The notes below the pieces were generated by a model. The model saw only the letters and a list, made by a program, of their open reading frames with translations. It had not been told where the DNA came from and searched no databases. From Hyphomicrobiales bacterium (lineage in GTDB: Bacteria > Pseudomonadota > Alphaproteobacteria > Rhizobiales > Aestuariivirgaceae): 64,000 nucleotides of DNA. Positions within the stretch are counted from its first letter, which is position 1. Each line of letters opens with the position of its first letter. Below, one piece after another: positions 39,981-51,457 of the stretch. The DNA lies in assembly GCA_046349235.1 (NCBI GenBank), contig JAXMCT010000008.1, positions 486,435 to 550,434 of the forward strand, read 5' to 3'. A program made the translations under genes and the position numbers.

Positions 39981-40009
39981 CAAATAGGACGTGCAGGCGT
40001 GGAAGTCAA
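39981..40009 (-). promoter_or_regulatory. Sigma70-type promoter giving a probably leaderless tetR transcript
   Basis: Minus strand TTGACT-N17-TATTTG-N6-ATG, with no SD sequence. Confidence 0.5.
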
Positions 40010-40230
40010 GCGGGAGGATCGAAATCCCCCTCACCCGGGCTCAAGGGGGCCTCAATGAAGTTCGTAACGATTGATTTTGGGCGAAACGGACGCGCCGCTA
40101 CCCCTCTGGCCGAGCGTAGCCTCAGCCGCCCTTGGCCCTCCCTGAGGCTCCGCCCTCCTCCCGGCCCAAGCGATGGCTCCTCGGCCGAACCCGTCGGCTG
40201 CGGGACGCCTCATGCGGGTTGGCGGCCGGA

Positions 40231-41433
40231 CTAGCCCTTGTTCTTGTAGTAGACGTCGAGGAACACCGCGAGCATCAGCACTGCGCCCTTGATGACCTGC
40301 TGCCAGTCGATGCCGATGCCCATGATCGACATGCCGTTGTTCATCACGCCCATGATGAAGGCGCCGATGACCGCGCCGATCACCTTGCCGACGCCGCCCG
40401 TGGTCGCCGCACCGCCGATGAAGCAGGCGGCGATGACGTCGAGTTCGAAGCCGAGGCCCGCCTTGGGGGTGGCCACGTTGAGGCGCGCTGCGAAGATCAG
40501 GCCGGCGAGCGCAGCGAGCGCGCCCATGATCACGAAGATCAGGAAGGTGAGCTTCTCGGTGTTGATGCCTGAGAGCTTTGCCGCCTTCTCGTTTCCGCCC
40601 ATGGCATAGACGCGGCGGCCGAAGGTGGTCCTGGTCGTCAGGAACACGAACAGCGCGATCAGCGCGAACATGACGATCAGCACGTTGGGCAGGCCCTTGT
40701 AGCTTGCCATCAGCCAGGAGAAGCCGACGAGCGCCACGGCGACCAGGATGTTGCGGCCGTAGAAGATCACGTCCGGCTCTTCCGCCAGGCCATGCTTCTG
40801 CTGGTTCAGGCGGGTGCGGTAGTTGAAGTAGATGATGAGGCCCGTCACCACGACGCCGATGATGAGGGCGAGCAGATTGAAGGGCGCGCCGTTGAGCGTG
40901 AAGTTGAAGATGTCCGGCACGTAGCCGGAGCTCAGCAGCTGGAAGACCTTGGGAAAGGGGCCGACGGAGGCACCGCCCAGCACGGTCAAGGCCAGGCCCT
41001 TGAACACCAGCATGCCGGCAAGCGTCACGATGAAGGCCGGAATCTTGTAGTAGGCGACGAAATAGCCCTGCGCGCCGCCGATGATGGCGCCGAGCGCCAG
41101 GCAGGCGATGCCGGCGAGGAACGGGTCGATCTTCCAGTTCACCATCATCACCGCCGCGACCGCGCCGATGAAGCCCGAGACGGAGCCGACCGACAGGTCG
41201 ATGTGGCCCGCCACGATGATCAGCAGCATGCCCAGCGCCATGATGACGATGTAGCTGTTCTGCAGGATCAGGTTCGTCATGTTGACGGGCTTGAACAGCG
41301 TGCCGTCGGTGGTGATCTGGAAGAAGATCATGATGACGAGCAGCGAGATCAGCAGTGCATAGTCACGCACATGGGCCTTGAGGAAGCGTGAGAGGGCGGG
41401 CTTCACCGGGGCCGGGGTGGTCACGTCGGTCAT
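40231..41433 (-). CDS. gguB: Multiple monosaccharide ABC transporter permease
   Basis: 'NLILQNSYIVIMALGMLLIIVAGHIDLSVGS', 'GRRVYAMGGNEKAAKLSG', 'ELDVIAACFIGG'; synteny with chvE/gguA. Confidence 0.9.
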   Translation of the reverse strand: MTDVTTPAPVKPALSRFLKAHVRDYALLISLLVIMIFFQITTDGTLFKPVNMTNLILQNSYIVIMALGMLLIIVAGHIDLSVGSVSGFIGAVAAVMMVNWKIDPFLAGIACLALGAIIGGAQGYFVAYYKIPAFIVTLAGMLVFKGLALTVLGGASVGPFPKVFQLLSSGYVPDIFNFTLNGAPFNLLALIIGVVVTGLIIYFNYRTRLNQQKHGLAEEPDVIFYGRNILVAVALVGFSWLMASYKGLPNVLIVMFALIALFVFLTTRTTFGRRVYAMGGNEKAAKLSGINTEKLTFLIFVIMGALAALAGLIFAARLNVATPKAGLGFELDVIAACFIGGAATTGGVGKVIGAVIGAFIMGVMNNGMSIMGIGIDWQQVIKGAVLMLAVFLDVYYKNKG

Positions 41434-41434
41434 G

Positions 41435-42964
41435 TCAGTCTTCCCATGATTTCATGATGGCCCGCATGATCTTCTCCTGCGAGGCGTCCTTTGCCGGCAT
41501 TTCGGCGACGAGCCGGCCGTCGTTCATCACATAGATGCGGTCGGAGATGCCGAGCAGCTCGGGCATTTCCGAGGAAATCACGATCACCGCCTTGCCGGCC
41601 TCGGCGAGCTGGTTGATGATGCCGTAGATCTCGTACTTGGCGCCGACATCGATGCCGCGCGTCGGCTCGTCGAGGATCAGCACCTCGGGGCCGGAGAACA
41701 GCCACTTGGCCAGCACCACCTTCTGCTGATTGCCGCCCGACAGGTTCACCGTGGTCTGGTAGACGGACGAGCAGCGGATCGCCAGGTCCTTGCGGTACTT
41801 GTTGGCGACGCTCAGCTCCTCCACGTCATCCACCACGCCCTTGGCCGCAACGCCCTCGAGGTTGGCGAGCGTCACGTTGTGCTTGATGTGGTCGATGAGC
41901 ACGAGGCCGAAGGTCTTGCGGTCCTCGGTGGCATAGGCAAGACCCGCTTCCATGGCCTTGGGAATGGTGCTGACGTCGATGGGCTTGCCGTGCAGCAGCA
42001 CCTCGCCCGAGATTTTCTGGCCATAGGCGCGGCCGAAGACCGACATGGCGAGCTCGGTGCGGCCGGAGCCCATGAGGCCGGCGATGCCCACGACCTCGCC
42101 CTTGCAGACATGGAAGTTCACGTCCTTGATCATCTGCCGGTCGGCGTGGAGCGGGTGATAGACGTTCCAGTTCTTCACTTCGAAGATCGGGTTCTGCACA
42201 TGTGCGTGGCGCGGCGGATAGCGGTCGGTCAGCTCGCGGCCGACCATGGCCTTGATGATACGGTCCTCGCTGACCTTGGCGGTCTTGGTGTCCAGCGTGT
42301 CGACGGTCTTGCCGTCGCGGATCACGGTGATGCGGTCGGCGACCTTCATCACCTCGTTCAGCTTGTGGGTGATGAGGATCGAGGAAATGCCATGGGCGCG
42401 GAATTCCTGCAGGAGTGCCAGCAGCGCGTTCGAGTCGGTTTCGTTGAGGCTCGAGGTCGGCTCGTCGAGGATGAGGAGCTTCACCGACTTGTTGAGCGCC
42501 TTGGCAATCTCGACGAGCTGCTGCTTGCCGGTGCCGAGGTTGGTGATGAGGGTGTTGGGGTGCTCGTGCAGCCCCACCTTGCCGAGCAGTTCCTTGGTGC
42601 GGCGGAAGGCCTCGAACCAGTCGATGACGCCGTGTTTCGCGGTCTCGTGACCGAGGAAGATGTTCTCGGCGATGGAAAGCAGCGGAACCAGCGCCAGTTC
42701 CTGGTGGATGATGATGACCCCGGTGTTCTCGGAATCGGCGATGGAGGTGAATTTTCGCTCGGTGCCGTCGAAGAAGATCTGGCCGTCGTAGCTGCCGTGC
42801 GGATAGACGCCGGACAGCACCTTCATGAGAGTCGACTTGCCCGCGCCGTTCTCGCCCACCACGGCATGGATCTCGCCGGGCATGACCGAGAGGTTGACGT
42901 CGGTCAGCGCCTTCACGCCCGGGAAGGTCTTGGTAATGCCGCGCATTTCCAGAATGGGCTGCAT
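41435..42964 (-). CDS. gguA: Multiple monosaccharide ABC transporter ATP-binding protein
   Basis: '[17 protein letters not shown]', '[23 protein letters not shown]', second domain 'LSGGNQQKV'. Confidence 0.92.
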   Translation of the reverse strand: MQPILEMRGITKTFPGVKALTDVNLSVMPGEIHAVVGENGAGKSTLMKVLSGVYPHGSYDGQIFFDGTERKFTSIADSENTGVIIIHQELALVPLLSIAENIFLGHETAKHGVIDWFEAFRRTKELLGKVGLHEHPNTLITNLGTGKQQLVEIAKALNKSVKLLILDEPTSSLNETDSNALLALLQEFRAHGISSILITHKLNEVMKVADRITVIRDGKTVDTLDTKTAKVSEDRIIKAMVGRELTDRYPPRHAHVQNPIFEVKNWNVYHPLHADRQMIKDVNFHVCKGEVVGIAGLMGSGRTELAMSVFGRAYGQKISGEVLLHGKPIDVSTIPKAMEAGLAYATEDRKTFGLVLIDHIKHNVTLANLEGVAAKGVVDDVEELSVANKYRKDLAIRCSSVYQTTVNLSGGNQQKVVLAKWLFSGPEVLILDEPTRGIDVGAKYEIYGIINQLAEAGKAVIVISSEMPELLGISDRIYVMNDGRLVAEMPAKDASQEKIMRAIMKSWED

Positions 42965-42995
42965 CTGTCCTCGCGAAAGTGGGCCTGAAACACGG

Positions 42996-43024
42996 GTCAT
43001 CCCCGGGCGCTGCCCGGAGATGAC
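42996..43024. repeat. REP-like intercistronic hairpin between chvE and gguA
   Basis: GTCATC-CCCGGG-cgctg-CCCGG-AGATGAC. Confidence 0.6.
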
Positions 43025-43050
43025 ATCGTGGGTCTAGCCGTGTGCGGCGA

Positions 43051-44130
43051 TCAGTTGTTGATCTGGTCGGCGGTGTAGTAGCCCGAGCCCACCAGCACCT
43101 TCTCGATGTCGCCCTTGCCGACGATGACCGGCTTCAGCAGGTAGGACGGAACCACCTTCACACCATTGTTGTAGGTCTTGGTGTCGTTGATTTCCGGATC
43201 CTTGCCCGACAGCACGGTATCGACCATCTTGGCGGTGACCTTGGCGAGTTCGCGCGTGTCCTTGAACACGGTCGAATACTGCTCGCCGGCGATCATGCCC
43301 TTGACCGAGGCGAGCTCGGCGTCCTGGCCGGTGACGATCGGCATCGGCTGGTCCGGCGTGCCGTAGCCCACGCCCTTGAGGGACGAGATGATGCCGCGCG
43401 ACAGGCCGTCATAGGGGGCGAGAACGCCGTTGACCTTCTTGTCGGTGTAGAAGGCGGAGAGCAGGTTGTCCATGCGGGCCTGCGCCACCGCACCGTCCCA
43501 GCGCAGGGTGCCGACCTTGTCCATGCCCATCTGGCCCGACACCACGGCGATCTGGCCGGAATCGATCAGCGGCTGGAGCACCGACATGGCGCCGTCGTAG
43601 AAGTAGAAGGCGTTCGTGTCGTCCGGCGAGCCGCCAAAGAGTTCGACGTTCCACGGCTTCACATCGGGGAAGCGCTCCTTCAGGCCGTCGACCAGCGAGG
43701 TGCCCTGCAGCACGCCCACGCCGAAGTTGTCGAAGGTGGTGTAGTAGTCGACGTCGCCGGTCTTGGAGATCAGGCGGTCATAGGCGAAGACCTTGGCGCC
43801 GCCGTCATGGGCCTTCTTGAGGATGTCCGACAGCGTGGTGCCGTCGATCGCGGCGATGATGAGCACCTTGGCGCCCTTGGTCACCATGTTCTCGATCTGG
43901 GCGAGCTGGTTCGGAATGTCGTCCTCAGCATACTGGAGATCGGTCTCGTAGCCGAGGGCGGTGAATTCCTTCACCATGCTCTCGCCGTCCGAGATCCAGC
44001 GGGTGGAGGACTTGGTCGGCATGGAGATGCCGATCAGGCCCTTGCTCTCGGCCATGGCGGGCGCAATGCCGGCGGCCAGCATCGCTGCCAGGCCTGCGGC
44101 GCTGAGAGCGAAATGTCTGCGATTCATCAT
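43051..44130 (-). CDS. chvE: Multiple monosaccharide-binding periplasmic protein ChvE
   Basis: '[16 protein letters not shown]', '[18 protein letters not shown]', 'FGGSPDD', '[13 protein letters not shown]'; twin-Arg-like 'NRRHF' signal. Confidence 0.92.
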   Translation of the reverse strand: MMNRRHFALSAAGLAAMLAAGIAPAMAESKGLIGISMPTKSSTRWISDGESMVKEFTALGYETDLQYAEDDIPNQLAQIENMVTKGAKVLIIAAIDGTTLSDILKKAHDGGAKVFAYDRLISKTGDVDYYTTFDNFGVGVLQGTSLVDGLKERFPDVKPWNVELFGGSPDDTNAFYFYDGAMSVLQPLIDSGQIAVVSGQMGMDKVGTLRWDGAVAQARMDNLLSAFYTDKKVNGVLAPYDGLSRGIISSLKGVGYGTPDQPMPIVTGQDAELASVKGMIAGEQYSTVFKDTRELAKVTAKMVDTVLSGKDPEINDTKTYNNGVKVVPSYLLKPVIVGKGDIEKVLVGSGYYTADQINN

Positions 44131-44365
44131 AGTGGAGTTCCTCCCTGTTACATCAGCTGGCCGAGCCTGACTTGATTGCTATGCCCGTCGCCAAATGCCG
44201 TTTGTAAAATAAGGTCCGGGGGCAGGCAATGAATTTCAGGCCGGAGCCGCGCGTGCCCTGCCGCGTTCCAGCGCCGCTGCAGGGAGAGTTCGCACCTCTA
44301 CGGGTTCCCGGCCGGGCTGAACTGCCTGATTTCGCGGCAGCTGGATGGAGGCGCCTTCCGGTGCC

Positions 44366-46609
44366 TCAACCGAACTTGTTCCGCTGCGGGAATCCCTTGG
44401 GTGGCAGGCGGCCGGCCTGGGCGCGTTCGCCGACCCATTCCTTGAGGTCGGTGACGACGAAGTTGCGGCCCGACGAGTCGGTCCAGGTGAGGCCGTCCTT
44501 CAGCCGGAAGGCGCGGGCGTCGCTCAGGCCACCGTCCTTGAACCGTTGCAGGCGCACGCCCTTGCCGCGGGCCATTTCCGGCACCTCGTCGAGCTTGAAG
44601 ATGATCATCTTGCGGTTCTCGCCGATGGTGGCGAGGTGGGTCGCATCCTCCGGCACCACGACGCAGACGCAGGCCTCGACCGGCGCCTTGACGTTCAGCA
44701 CCTGCTTGCCCTTGCGGGTGTTGGCCACGCATTCGTCCTCGGCCACCACGAAGCCGTCGCCCTCGGTGGAGGCCAAGAGGCGCTTCGTTCCCGGCACGTG
44801 CACGAAGAGCGAGACGATCGAGTCCGCCGCGTCGAGGTCGCACATCAGGCGCACCGGTTCGCCGTGACCGCGGCCGCCGGGCAGCTTTCCGACCTCGAGG
44901 GTGAAGAACTTGCCGGAGGACGAGAACAGCATCACCTTGTCGGTCGACATGGCGTGGAAGGTGAACTGGCCGCGGTCGCCATCCTTGTAGGTGAGGCCGG
45001 AGACATCCTCCATGTGGCCCTTCATGGTGCGGATCCAGCCCTTCTCGGAGCACACCACGGTGACCGGTTCCTTCTCGATCATCGCCTGCTCGAAATCGAC
45101 GTCGATCTCCGGGGCTTCCGAGAAGTCGGTCCGCCTGCGGCCGAGCGGCGTCTTCTTGGAGTATTTCTCCTTCACGGCCTTGATCTCTTCCGAGATCTTC
45201 GCCCACTGCTCGTCGTCCGACTTCAAGAGCGCGTTGAGGCCCTTCTGTTCCTTGACGAGCTTGGCGTGCTCGCCGCGGATTTCCATCTCCTCGAGCTTGC
45301 GCAGGGCGCGCAAGCGCATGTTGAGGATGGCCTCGGCCTGGTTGTCGGTGAGCTTGAAGCGCGCCATCAGCGCCGGCTTCGGCTCGTCCTCCTCGCGGAT
45401 GATGCGGATCACCTCGTCGAGGTTCAGGTAGGCGACGAGATAGCCCTCGAGGATCTCGAGGCGGCGCGCGATCTCGCCGAGGCGGAAGTTGGTGCGCCGC
45501 ACCAGCACGTCCTTGCGGTGGTCCAGCCACTCGCGCAGCACGTCCTTGAGGCTCATCACCTTCGGCACCTTGCCGTGGCTCAAGACGTTCATGTTGAGCG
45601 GGATGCGGGCTTCCAGTTCCGTGTTGCGGAACAGCTGCTCCATCATCAGGCTGGGGTCCACGGTGCGGCTCTTCGGCTCCAGCACGATGCGGATGTCCTC
45701 GGCCGACTCGTCGCGCACGTCGGCGAGCAGCGTCAGCTTCTTGGCGGTCAGCAGCTCGGCGATCTTCTCGATCAGCCGGCTCTTCTGCACGAGATAGGGA
45801 ATCTCGGTGACGACGATCTGCCACATGCCGCGCGGCAGCTCTTCCTGGCTCCAGCGGGCGCGCACACGGAAGCCGCCGCGGCCGGTCCGGTAGGCTTCGA
45901 CGATCGAGGCGCGGTCGTCGATGATGATGCCGCCCGTGGGGAAGTCCGGCCCCTGCACCAGCGTGGCGAGCTTGTCGTCGGTGGCGTTGGGCGTCTTGAT
46001 GAGGTGCAGTGCCGCATCGCAGAGCTCGGCCGCATTGTGCGGCGGAATGGAGGTCGCCATGCCGACCGCGATGCCCGACGAACCGTTGGCCAGCAGGTTG
46101 GGGAAGGCGCCGGGCAGCACCACGGGCTCCTGCACGGACCCATCATAGTTGGGACGGAAGTCGACCGTGTCCTCGTCGAGGCCCTCGAGGAGGAGCTTCG
46201 CCACCTCGGTCATGCGCGCTTCGGTGTAGCGGTAGGCGGCGGCCGAGTCGCCGTCGATGTTGCCGAAATTGCCCTGGCCGTCGACCAGCGGATAGCGCGA
46301 GGAGAAGTCCTGCGCGAGGCGGACCAGCGCGTCGTAGATCGACTGGTCGCCATGCGGGTGATAGCCGCCCATCACGTCGCCGACGATCTTGGCGGATTTC
46401 TTGAAGGCCGCGTTGGGATCGAGGCGGAGGATCTGCATCACATGCAGCAGGCGGCGGTGCACCGGCTTCAGCCCGTCGCGCACGTCGGGGAGCGCGCGGT
46501 GCATGATGGTGGACAGCGCATAGGCCAGGTAGCGCTCTTCCAGCGCTTCCTTGAGGTCGATCTTCTGGATGTCCTTGGGGCCTTCGGGCGGGGGAACGTG
46601 CTTGCTCAT
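44366..46609 (-). CDS. parC: DNA topoisomerase IV subunit A
   Basis: '[27 protein letters not shown]', '[19 protein letters not shown]', 'AAYRYTEAR'; 747 aa, no GyrA-box seen. Confidence 0.95.
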   Translation of the reverse strand: MSKHVPPPEGPKDIQKIDLKEALEERYLAYALSTIMHRALPDVRDGLKPVHRRLLHVMQILRLDPNAAFKKSAKIVGDVMGGYHPHGDQSIYDALVRLAQDFSSRYPLVDGQGNFGNIDGDSAAAYRYTEARMTEVAKLLLEGLDEDTVDFRPNYDGSVQEPVVLPGAFPNLLANGSSGIAVGMATSIPPHNAAELCDAALHLIKTPNATDDKLATLVQGPDFPTGGIIIDDRASIVEAYRTGRGGFRVRARWSQEELPRGMWQIVVTEIPYLVQKSRLIEKIAELLTAKKLTLLADVRDESAEDIRIVLEPKSRTVDPSLMMEQLFRNTELEARIPLNMNVLSHGKVPKVMSLKDVLREWLDHRKDVLVRRTNFRLGEIARRLEILEGYLVAYLNLDEVIRIIREEDEPKPALMARFKLTDNQAEAILNMRLRALRKLEEMEIRGEHAKLVKEQKGLNALLKSDDEQWAKISEEIKAVKEKYSKKTPLGRRRTDFSEAPEIDVDFEQAMIEKEPVTVVCSEKGWIRTMKGHMEDVSGLTYKDGDRGQFTFHAMSTDKVMLFSSSGKFFTLEVGKLPGGRGHGEPVRLMCDLDAADSIVSLFVHVPGTKRLLASTEGDGFVVAEDECVANTRKGKQVLNVKAPVEACVCVVVPEDATHLATIGENRKMIIFKLDEVPEMARGKGVRLQRFKDGGLSDARAFRLKDGLTWTDSSGRNFVVTDLKEWVGERAQAGRLPPKGFPQRNKFG

Positions 46610-46707
46610 GATTCGGGGCTTATAGCATTTCCGGCAGGGGGAATTGGATGCGGGCGCTGTTTAGCCCACAGTGCCGGACATGGCGAACGGAAAGTGAACG
46701 CGGGCGC

Positions 46708-47514
46708 CTAGGCGCGCGCCTCGAAAAGGATGGCGCGCATGGTGGTCGCGACCGGGCCCTTGCCGAAGGACTGGCCGAGCGCCGTCGCCACCTTGTCCGT
46801 CACCTCGTCGAGGCGGCCGGGGGCGCGCTGCTCGATCTCGGGACGCAGCGGGGTGCCCTGACACATGGCCACCGCGACGTGTTGCGCCGAAGGCGCGCGG
46901 CAGGGCAGCGTCAGGCGCTCGGAGTGCACCGTGCCGAAGCCCGCCGAGGCCAGCGTGGCGGTGATCACCGCCACGTCGTGATAGCCGTGCGGCATGCGGC
47001 GGAAGAATTCCGGCGGATTGTCGGGGAAGGCGTTGGCCACCATCTCGTGCACCACGGCGGCGAAGGGGTTGCTCTCGAGATCGTCCCAAACCGAGAGGAA
47101 ATACGTGCCGCCCGGCCGCAGCACGCGGCGCGCCTCGCGATAGGCGGTGAGCTTGTCGGGGAAGAACATGGCGCCGAACTGGCAGACCACCGCATCGAAG
47201 CTCTGGTCGTCGAAGGGAAGCTCCTGCGCGTTGCAGCTCCGCATGCGCAGGCGCCGGCTGGCGAGCTTGGCGGCGGCGATGTCGAGCATGGCCTGGTTGA
47301 GGTCGGTCGCGGTGATGGCGGCGTCCGGCAGCCGCGCCAGGAGCTCGGCGGTGATGGCGCCGGTGCCGGCCGCGATCTCCAGCACCTCCGCCGGATGCTC
47401 CGCCACCACCCGCGCCGCGAGGTCCGCGGCATAGGGTGCGAAGAGCATCGGCACCATGTGGCTTTCGTAAAGGGCGGCAACGGAACCGGTGAAGGCCTTT
47501 TCGGACGCTGTCAT
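46708..47514 (-). CDS. Class I SAM-dependent methyltransferase
   Basis: 'VLEIAAGTG', 'TDLNQAML', 'LPFDDQSFDAVVCQFG', 'RVLRPGG'. Confidence 0.9.
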   Translation of the reverse strand: MTASEKAFTGSVAALYESHMVPMLFAPYAADLAARVVAEHPAEVLEIAAGTGAITAELLARLPDAAITATDLNQAMLDIAAAKLASRRLRMRSCNAQELPFDDQSFDAVVCQFGAMFFPDKLTAYREARRVLRPGGTYFLSVWDDLESNPFAAVVHEMVANAFPDNPPEFFRRMPHGYHDVAVITATLASAGFGTVHSERLTLPCRAPSAQHVAVAMCQGTPLRPEIEQRAPGRLDEVTDKVATALGQSFGKGPVATTMRAILFEARA

Positions 47515-47588
47515 GACGGAGCCTCGCGCTGGGAAGCCCCCTCAGCCTAGGACTCGCGCGGAGCGCCCGCCACCAACCGCGGGTACGC

Positions 47589-49256
47589 TCAGACTTGCAG
47601 CACCGTAACCTTGACGATGGGCTTCTTGCCCCAGGCGAGGTCCGCCGCGCGGCGGACCGCGGTGCGGATAGTCTCGGCCAGCTGGTTCCTGTCCTTGCGG
47701 CGCGGCTTGGGAGTGGAGCCGAAGGCGTTCTCTGCGGCATCCAGCAGGTCGGACTCAAGCCCCATCGGCACGCCGTCGGTGACGAGCTCGATGTCGGCGG
47801 CGAGTTCGGCGCGGCTGTCGATCACCACCGTGACGAAGATGATGCCGACGAAGGAGAGCTTGCGGCGCTGCTTCGCGGGCCCGTCCTCGGCGGGAACGAT
47901 GAGGCGGCCGTCGACGTGCAGGCGCCCGCACGGCGCCTCGTCGATGTCGGCGAGCCGGCCGGGGGCAAGCCTGGTGATGGTGCCGTCGCGCGGGATCAGC
48001 ACGTCGCGGATGCCCTTCGACAGCGCGAAGTTGCGGTGGGCGCGCAGGTGGCGCGGCTCGCCATGCATGGGGATCAGCGCCTTGGGGCGCAGCCATTCAT
48101 AGAGCAGTGCCAGCTCGCCCTGGCGCGGGTGGCCGGAGGAATGCACGAGGTCGTCGTCGCCCGTCACCATGTCGATGTCGAGGCGGGCGAGGTTGTTGAG
48201 CACGCGGCTCACTTCCTTCTCGTTGCCGGGAATGGTCTTGGACGAGAAGATCACGAGGTCGCCCGGCTCCAGCGAAATGTGCGGGTGCTGGTCCTCGGCG
48301 ATGCGGGCGATTGCCGCGCGCGGCTCGCCCTGGCTTCCGGTGCACAGCAGCATCACCTTGTCGGGCGGCAGGTAGCCGAATTCCTCTTCGTCGAGCAGGC
48401 GGCCGGCGTCGTTCAGCATGTTGCAGGCGCGCGCCGCCTCGATGGTGTTGCGCATGGCACGGCCGGCGAGCACCACCTCGCGCCCCGTGGCGCGTGCCGC
48501 ACGGATCGCGGTCGCGATGCGGTCGAGGTGCGAGGCGAAGGTGGTGACGGCGACTCTGGCCTTGGCCTGCTTGACGATCTCGGTGATGCGTTCGGCCACT
48601 TCCCTCTCGGACGGCGAATGGCCCTCGCGCAGCACGTTGGTGGAATCGCAGACGAGCACGTCGACGCCCTTGTCGCCGATCTCGCGCAGGCGCTTCTCGT
48701 CCATGCCCTGGCCGAGCACCGGGGTGCGGTCGATCTTCCAGTCGCCCGAGTGCAGCACCCGGCCCTCGTCGGTCTCGATCAGCAGCGCGGTGGGTTCCGG
48801 GATCGAATGGGTGACCGAGATCATCTCGAGCGCGAAGGGGCCGAGCTTGAACTTGGAGCCGACCGGCATGAGCTTCACCGGCACCTGCTCGTCGAGACCG
48901 GCTTCCTTCAGCTTCAGCGCCAGGATCTGCGCGGCGAAGGGCGTGCAGTAGACGGGGCACTGCAGCTGCGGCCACAGCCAGGCGACGGCACCGAGGTGAT
49001 CCTCATGCGCATGGGTGAGGACGAGGCCGTGGAGCCGCGACTTCTCGGCGGTGATGAAGCCGACGTCGGGCAGCACCACGTCGATGCCGGGGTCGGTCTC
49101 CTCGCCGAACTTGACGCCGAGATCGACCATCAGCCAGTGCCGGTCATCCTCCGGGCCGGTGCCATAGGCATAGCAGTTCATGCCGATCTCGCCGGTGCCG
49201 CCCAATGGCAGGAAGACGAGTTCGCTGGGGAGTTGGGCTCTGCGCCGCGCGTTCAT
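47589..49256 (-). CDS. rnj: Ribonuclease J
   Basis: 'LPLGGTGEIGMN', 'THAHEDHLGA', 'HSIPE', 'TGSQGEP', 'HSSGH', 'PMHGE'. Confidence 0.95.
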   Translation of the reverse strand: MNARRRAQLPSELVFLPLGGTGEIGMNCYAYGTGPEDDRHWLMVDLGVKFGEETDPGIDVVLPDVGFITAEKSRLHGLVLTHAHEDHLGAVAWLWPQLQCPVYCTPFAAQILALKLKEAGLDEQVPVKLMPVGSKFKLGPFALEMISVTHSIPEPTALLIETDEGRVLHSGDWKIDRTPVLGQGMDEKRLREIGDKGVDVLVCDSTNVLREGHSPSEREVAERITEIVKQAKARVAVTTFASHLDRIATAIRAARATGREVVLAGRAMRNTIEAARACNMLNDAGRLLDEEEFGYLPPDKVMLLCTGSQGEPRAAIARIAEDQHPHISLEPGDLVIFSSKTIPGNEKEVSRVLNNLARLDIDMVTGDDDLVHSSGHPRQGELALLYEWLRPKALIPMHGEPRHLRAHRNFALSKGIRDVLIPRDGTITRLAPGRLADIDEAPCGRLHVDGRLIVPAEDGPAKQRRKLSFVGIIFVTVVIDSRAELAADIELVTDGVPMGLESDLLDAAENAFGSTPKPRRKDRNQLAETIRTAVRRAADLAWGKKPIVKVTVLQV

Positions 49257-50002
49257 GATGTTCGCCTCAGGGCTTCGAGTTCGGCGAAGGACACTTCGCC
49301 GGAATGGATGGGCGTGAGCGTGCCGCCGGCCTCGGCGAGCAGCAGCGCGCCGTCAGGTGCCAGACCCGAGAAGGTGCCGGTGACCTGCCGGGTTCCGGCC
49401 GTGGCGGTGACGGCACCGCCGAGGCCCAGCGCACGCGCCGACCAGTCATCGCGGATGGCGGCGAAGCCCCTGCACTCGTCCCACTGCGCGAGGCGGCGGG
49501 TGAGGCTGGCATCGAGATGCTCCAACGCCGTGGCGGGGGCAAGGTCGCGGCCGAGCGACGTGACGGGATAGGGCGTGCCTTGCGGCGCATGGGCGAGGTT
49601 CACCCCGCAGCCGATGGCGATGCGCGTCGGGCTCTCCCCCACCACCTCCGGCAGCACGCCGCAGAACTTGGCGCCGCCGACCAGCACGTCGTTCGGCCAC
49701 TTGATGCGGGGGGAAAGTTCGGGGCGCAGGCTCATCACCATGTCATGTACGGCAAGAGCGGCGACGAAGCTCACCTGGGCGGCGGCCTGAGGGCCGGCGG
49801 CGATGGCAAACAGGAAGGTGGCGTAGAGGTTGCCGGGCTCGCTCACCCAGCTGCGGCCCAATCGGCCGCGGCCCAGCGTCTGCTCGTCCGCCACAAGCCA
49901 GAGAGGCCCGCGCTCGCCGTCGTCGGCAAGCCTGCGGGCCTCGAGATTGGTGGAATCGATCCGGTCGAAATGGCGGACCGGATGTCCCGTCGGGAGTCTC
50001 AA
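49253..50002 (-). CDS. birA: Biotin--[acetyl-CoA carboxylase] ligase (no HTH)
   Basis: 'IDSTN', '[12 protein letters not shown]', 'KWPNDV', 'KFCGVL'; TTG start overlapping nuoN stop (TTGA) inferred. Confidence 0.92.
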   Translation of the reverse strand: MRLPTGHPVRHFDRIDSTNLEARRLADDGERGPLWLVADEQTLGRGRLGRSWVSEPGNLYATFLFAIAAGPQAAAQVSFVAALAVHDMVMSLRPELSPRIKWPNDVLVGGAKFCGVLPEVVGESPTRIAIGCGVNLAHAPQGTPYPVTSLGRDLAPATALEHLDASLTRRLAQWDECRGFAAIRDDWSARALGLGGAVTATAGTRQVTGTFSGLAPDGALLLAEAGGTLTPIHSGEVSFAELEALRRTS

Positions 50003-51444
50003 TAGAACGACTTGGCTGCCGCTGCCGCCACGGCGATCACCGGGCTGGCGATCCACGGCAGCACGAAGAGAAGCGTAAAGGCGCCCGAGGCATAGGCGAC
50101 GAGCTTGACCTCGCCGTCCATCGGCTCGAAGGCTTCCTTCGGCTCGTCGAAATACATGATCTTGACGACGCGGAGATAGTAGTAGGCGCCCACCACCGAG
50201 GTGACGACGCCGATGATCGCCAGCGCATAGAGGCCAGCCTTCACCGCGGCGAGGAACACGAAGTACTTGGCGAAGAAGCCGGCGAGCGGCGGGATGCCGG
50301 CCATCGAGAACATCAGCATGGCGAAGACGAAGGCCAGGCCCTTGTTGTTGCGGGAGAGACCCGCGAGATCGCTGATCTCCTCCACCATGTAGCCCTTGCG
50401 GCGCATCGACAGGATGCAGGCGAAGGAGCCGAGCGTCATGATCATGTAGATGATCATGTAGACGACCACACCCTGCACGCCCTCCTGGGTGCCCGCCGCA
50501 AGACCGACCAGCGCATAGCCCATGTTGGCGATGGAGGAATAGGCCAGCAGGCGCTTGATGTTGGTCTGGCCGATCGCCGCGAAGGCACCGAGCGCCATGG
50601 AGGCGATGGCGATGAAGACGATGATCTGGCCCCAGGCCGGGTGGATGGCGCCGAAGGCCACCATCATGGTGCGGGTGATCAGCGCCATGGCCGCCACCTT
50701 GGGGGCGGCGGCGAAGAAGGCCGTCACCGGGGTGGGCGCGCCCTCGTAGACGTCGGGCGTCCACATGTGGAAGGGCACGGCGGAGATCTTGAAGGCAAGG
50801 CCGGCGATGACGAAGACCAGGCCGAACACCGCGCCGAGGGTGGCGCCGTTGGTGGTGAGATAGGCGGCGATGCCGGGGAACTCGGTGGTGCCGGTGAAGC
50901 CATAGACCAGCGAGGCGCCGTAGAGCAGCATGCCGGAGGATAGCGCACCCAGCACGAAATACTTGAGGCCCGCTTCGGAGGCGCGTGCCGAGTCGCGGTT
51001 GATGGCGGCCAGCACGTAGAGCGACAGCGACTGCAGCTCGAGGCCCATGTAGAGGGCGATCAGGTTGTTGGCCGAGATCATCAGCATCATGCCGATGGTG
51101 GCGAGCAGGATGAGGATCGGATACTCGAAGCGCTGCGAGCCGTCGCGCTTCATGAAGCTGACCGAGAGCACCAGCGCCGCGGCGGAGCCGAACAGCGCCA
51201 GCACCTTCATGACCTTCGCGAAGGTATCGACCATCAGCGCGCCGTGGAAGGCGAGCGCCTGGTGGTCGGGCGCGAAGATGACGAGCAGCGCCGCGATGCC
51301 GAGTGCGATCAGCGCGCCCAGCGTCACCATGTCGGAGGGGTCGCCCTTGCGGAACACGCCGAGCATCAGCAGCGCCAGCGTCAGCATCGCCAGCACGATC
51401 TCGGGGAGGGCGGCTACGGCATCGGCCTGTTGGAGAAGCCACAT
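49999..51444 (-). CDS. nuoN: NADH-quinone oxidoreductase subunit N
   Basis: 'LELQSLSLY', '[15 protein letters not shown]', '[20 protein letters not shown]'. Confidence 0.96.
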   Translation of the reverse strand: MWLLQQADAVAALPEIVLAMLTLALLMLGVFRKGDPSDMVTLGALIALGIAALLVIFAPDHQALAFHGALMVDTFAKVMKVLALFGSAAALVLSVSFMKRDGSQRFEYPILILLATIGMMLMISANNLIALYMGLELQSLSLYVLAAINRDSARASEAGLKYFVLGALSSGMLLYGASLVYGFTGTTEFPGIAAYLTTNGATLGAVFGLVFVIAGLAFKISAVPFHMWTPDVYEGAPTPVTAFFAAAPKVAAMALITRTMMVAFGAIHPAWGQIIVFIAIASMALGAFAAIGQTNIKRLLAYSSIANMGYALVGLAAGTQEGVQGVVVYMIIYMIMTLGSFACILSMRRKGYMVEEISDLAGLSRNNKGLAFVFAMLMFSMAGIPPLAGFFAKYFVFLAAVKAGLYALAIIGVVTSVVGAYYYLRVVKIMYFDEPKEAFEPMDGEVKLVAYASGAFTLLFVLPWIASPVIAVAAAAAKSFY

Positions 51445-51457
51445 GGGTCGGAGGTCC

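Noticed and set aside
44131-44365. No gbpR (LysR) gene divergent from chvE
   Set aside because: Simple gene-order difference; no supportable feature identified in the gap
49253-51442. 729-aa ORF suggesting a NuoN-BirA fusion or frameshift
   Set aside because: Upstream part is an off-frame reading of nuoN; birA is explained by a TTG start overlapping the nuoN stop
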